Source of the DNA: Pavona decussata
Lineage: Eukaryota
Assembly: GCA_977016875.1 (NCBI GenBank)
Contig: CDRNST010000028.1
Location: 124,001 to 188,000, forward strand
DNA: 64,000 bases
Direction of reading: 5' to 3'
The notes beneath the pieces were generated by a model. That model did no database searches. It was not told the DNA's origin and was given only the letters and a program-made list of their open reading frames with translations. Shown piece after piece: positions 61,823 through 64,000 of the stretch; position 1 is the first letter of the stretch, and every line of letters starts with the position of its first letter. The position numbers and the translations under genes were made by a program.

Positions 61823-62415
61823 TCCTCGCGAAGCGAGGTTAACAAATTTGTCGGGCCGAGCTGGCCCGAGCGGAGCTAAGCCGCGCGAATTCGAGCGAAA
61901 AATAAATTTATATATATAGATATTTCGTTGAAGACCTCCGCACTGTAGCCTAGAAACAGTGAAAAACAAAGTATGAATGACGTCAGACTGTCTGGCGTCG
62001 TCTGGAGCAAAATTTGCATACATCGGGAAAGTTTGCGTGCCGGATCAAATGTCAACTGCAATGTTCATCAATATTCACTGGATACAGAACTATCTCTCCA
62101 GAATCTCTTCCCTTTCTTCCAGAAATCTTTTTTGTGAAAGATTGCATTGAAGAAATTCCACGTTTTGTGTCCGCGGTAAAATAATTTTGCGTGGGAAATA
62201 AATTCATCAAACACGACAGCGCTTCACGCAAGTTGTACATTTCATCACGTCAGAAATAGATTTTCAAACACAAACTATCCTGTGGAACCTCAAAAAGACC
62301 ATGCTTATCAAAATAGTTGCTATGTTCAGAAACCTTTTAATCCCCTCATTTGATGCTACAATACGAGTAAAGAGGGCTTTCCACCCAGCCCCATTTGCGA
62401 GTCACGTATTTCTAG
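61823..62415 (+). mobile_element. Helitron-like non-autonomous insertion
   Basis: Absent from the paralog (gcttgtttttatttttag, ~29161); TC..CTAG ends; no clear TSD; terminal hairpins cctcgc-gaa-gcgagg and gggct..agccc. Confidence 0.55.
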
Positions 62416-63526
62416 TATTTTTAGATAAAATAAATTTTTAGATATCCTTTGGTGCTGATCTTAGCACTCCCGTTTCCTTTTAAAGCTGCCATCCGTAGGT
62501 TCAATATAAAAACATTGGAAAAACAAACGACTCGTAAAACATAAGGATACCCTTTGCATTTATCTCGAACACAGCTGTGTTCACTAGTATGTTTGATTCT
62601 GACAAGGCCCTGTATATCTATCTCGAAACTGACTCGTTTCCCTTGAATGTTATAAAAGTACGGGAGTGATTTACTTTGGCCCACCTGAACTTCTCATTAT
62701 TTCGAATAATGCGCATATAAATTCGAAACTTTAACATCCCTCTCCACAGGGTATCCTCCAGGGCATTTCAAAACTAGCGCCTTCTCAAACTTTCGCAACG
62801 CTACAAATCTAGTAATTTTTGTTTTCGGAGAGGAAAAGTCATCCGTAAAACCACTAAAAATAGGTCACCTAGCATTTTAGGAAAGCCAACAGCAGCTCGT
62901 AAAGTCGGGAAATAACATTCCTTTCCCTAAGATTTTTGGCGACTGTTTAAATTTTAATTTCACCCGAAGAATCCGACCATACTCGGAGACCCAGGTGCAG
63001 ATTAAGTTGGGTCAGGAGGAAGTCAAAACTGTAAACGTACTCGCTTTGACTTCCTTTTTACCCAACCATCTGCCTCTGGGTCTCCGAGGATAGAATCCAA
63101 TACCATTAAACCGTGTTATTTTACACAAGTTCGCCTTTTAAAAGGATATACTAGTAGTAATCAAAGATTATAGAGTGCGTTCGACAGCCCTAAGTTGTGC
63201 GATTGTACGGCCTGCTGCGTGACTTTTTTTAGGTAGCTTAGTTTCGTCCTTTTATATCTTTACGTATTGTGTAACTACCAAGGTGAAATATTTGCAATAA
63301 ACAAAGCTGAGTTTAAAATTTCAGCGGCTACGTTGTTGAACTTAAAAATAATAGAAAGTATTTTTAGTCCGCCTGTTGCGTGACACTGCCGAACTTTAAA
63401 ATAATGCACATTATTTTCGGTAAAACGCTTTTTACCAAAATGCCGCGAAACTTACGCGACTATAAAGCCGTAAAAATGTCAAACTGAAGCAAGCTAATTT
63501 GCATACAGTTTTGAAAGACATCTCTG

Positions 63527-63656
63527 GGCCAAGGTTAACCAGAGAGCGGATAACTCTATCCAGTGGATAGAATGTTCTCCAACCAATAGATTTTATCCGC
63601 TGGAGAGCGAATTATCCGCTGGATAAAATAATCTGCTCTTGGAACAACCGGGACCT
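63527..63656. mobile_element. Short MITE-like repeat with tatcc(a/g)..ggata palindromes; related fragment at ~1125-1260
   Basis: Repeated tatccagtggata / tatccgctggata motifs. Confidence 0.5.
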
Positions 63657-64000
63657 GATGTCAGTTTCTGATGCGTGTATATTTCAGATATTTTTGTATT
63701 TCGATTTTATACTAACGTAATACGTGACTCGCAAAACCTCGCGAACCTAGGGCTGGGAGAAAAGCCCTCTTTACTCGTATTGTAAAAGGTTTCTGAACAT
63801 AGCAACGATTTTGATGAGGATGGTCTTTTCATAGTTCCACAGGCTACTTTGCGGTTGAAATCTATTTCCGACCAGAGGAAATGTACAACGGGCGTGCAGC
63901 GCTGTCGTGTTCGATGGATTTATTTCCCACGGAAAATTATTTTACCGCAGCCACAAAACGTGTTATTTTTTTCTTCAATGCAATCTTTCACAAAAAAGAT

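Overview
Eukaryotic, AT-rich animal DNA; the gene type and repeat families suggest a cnidarian such as a stony coral (inference). The window is a birth-and-death tandem cluster of single-exon class A GPCRs: 9 intact ORFs, one 4-TM truncated chimera, one decayed pseudogene and one 3' fragment. It was built by direct and inverted segmental duplication and is heavily invaded by mobile DNA. Mobile elements include a full-length but frameshifted BEL/Pao LTR retrotransposon (54109-61482), a TTAA-targeting element with ~1.08-kb TIRs enclosing a truncated Ngaro/DIRS-type tyrosine-recombinase retrotransposon (33523-40047), a DINE-1/HINE-like element with internal tandem repeats, LINE fragments and many MITEs. 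Paralogous empty sites define several insertion boundaries. The most unusual object is a 1373-bp insert (46918-48290): a 1201-nt unit plus a 172-bp terminal redundancy, with a canonical type I hammerhead ribozyme in mid-unit. It has replaced the 3' half of one GPCR and resembles a ~1.14-mer cDNA copy of a large retrozyme-like circular RNA. Coordinates were read by eye and may be off by a few bases.
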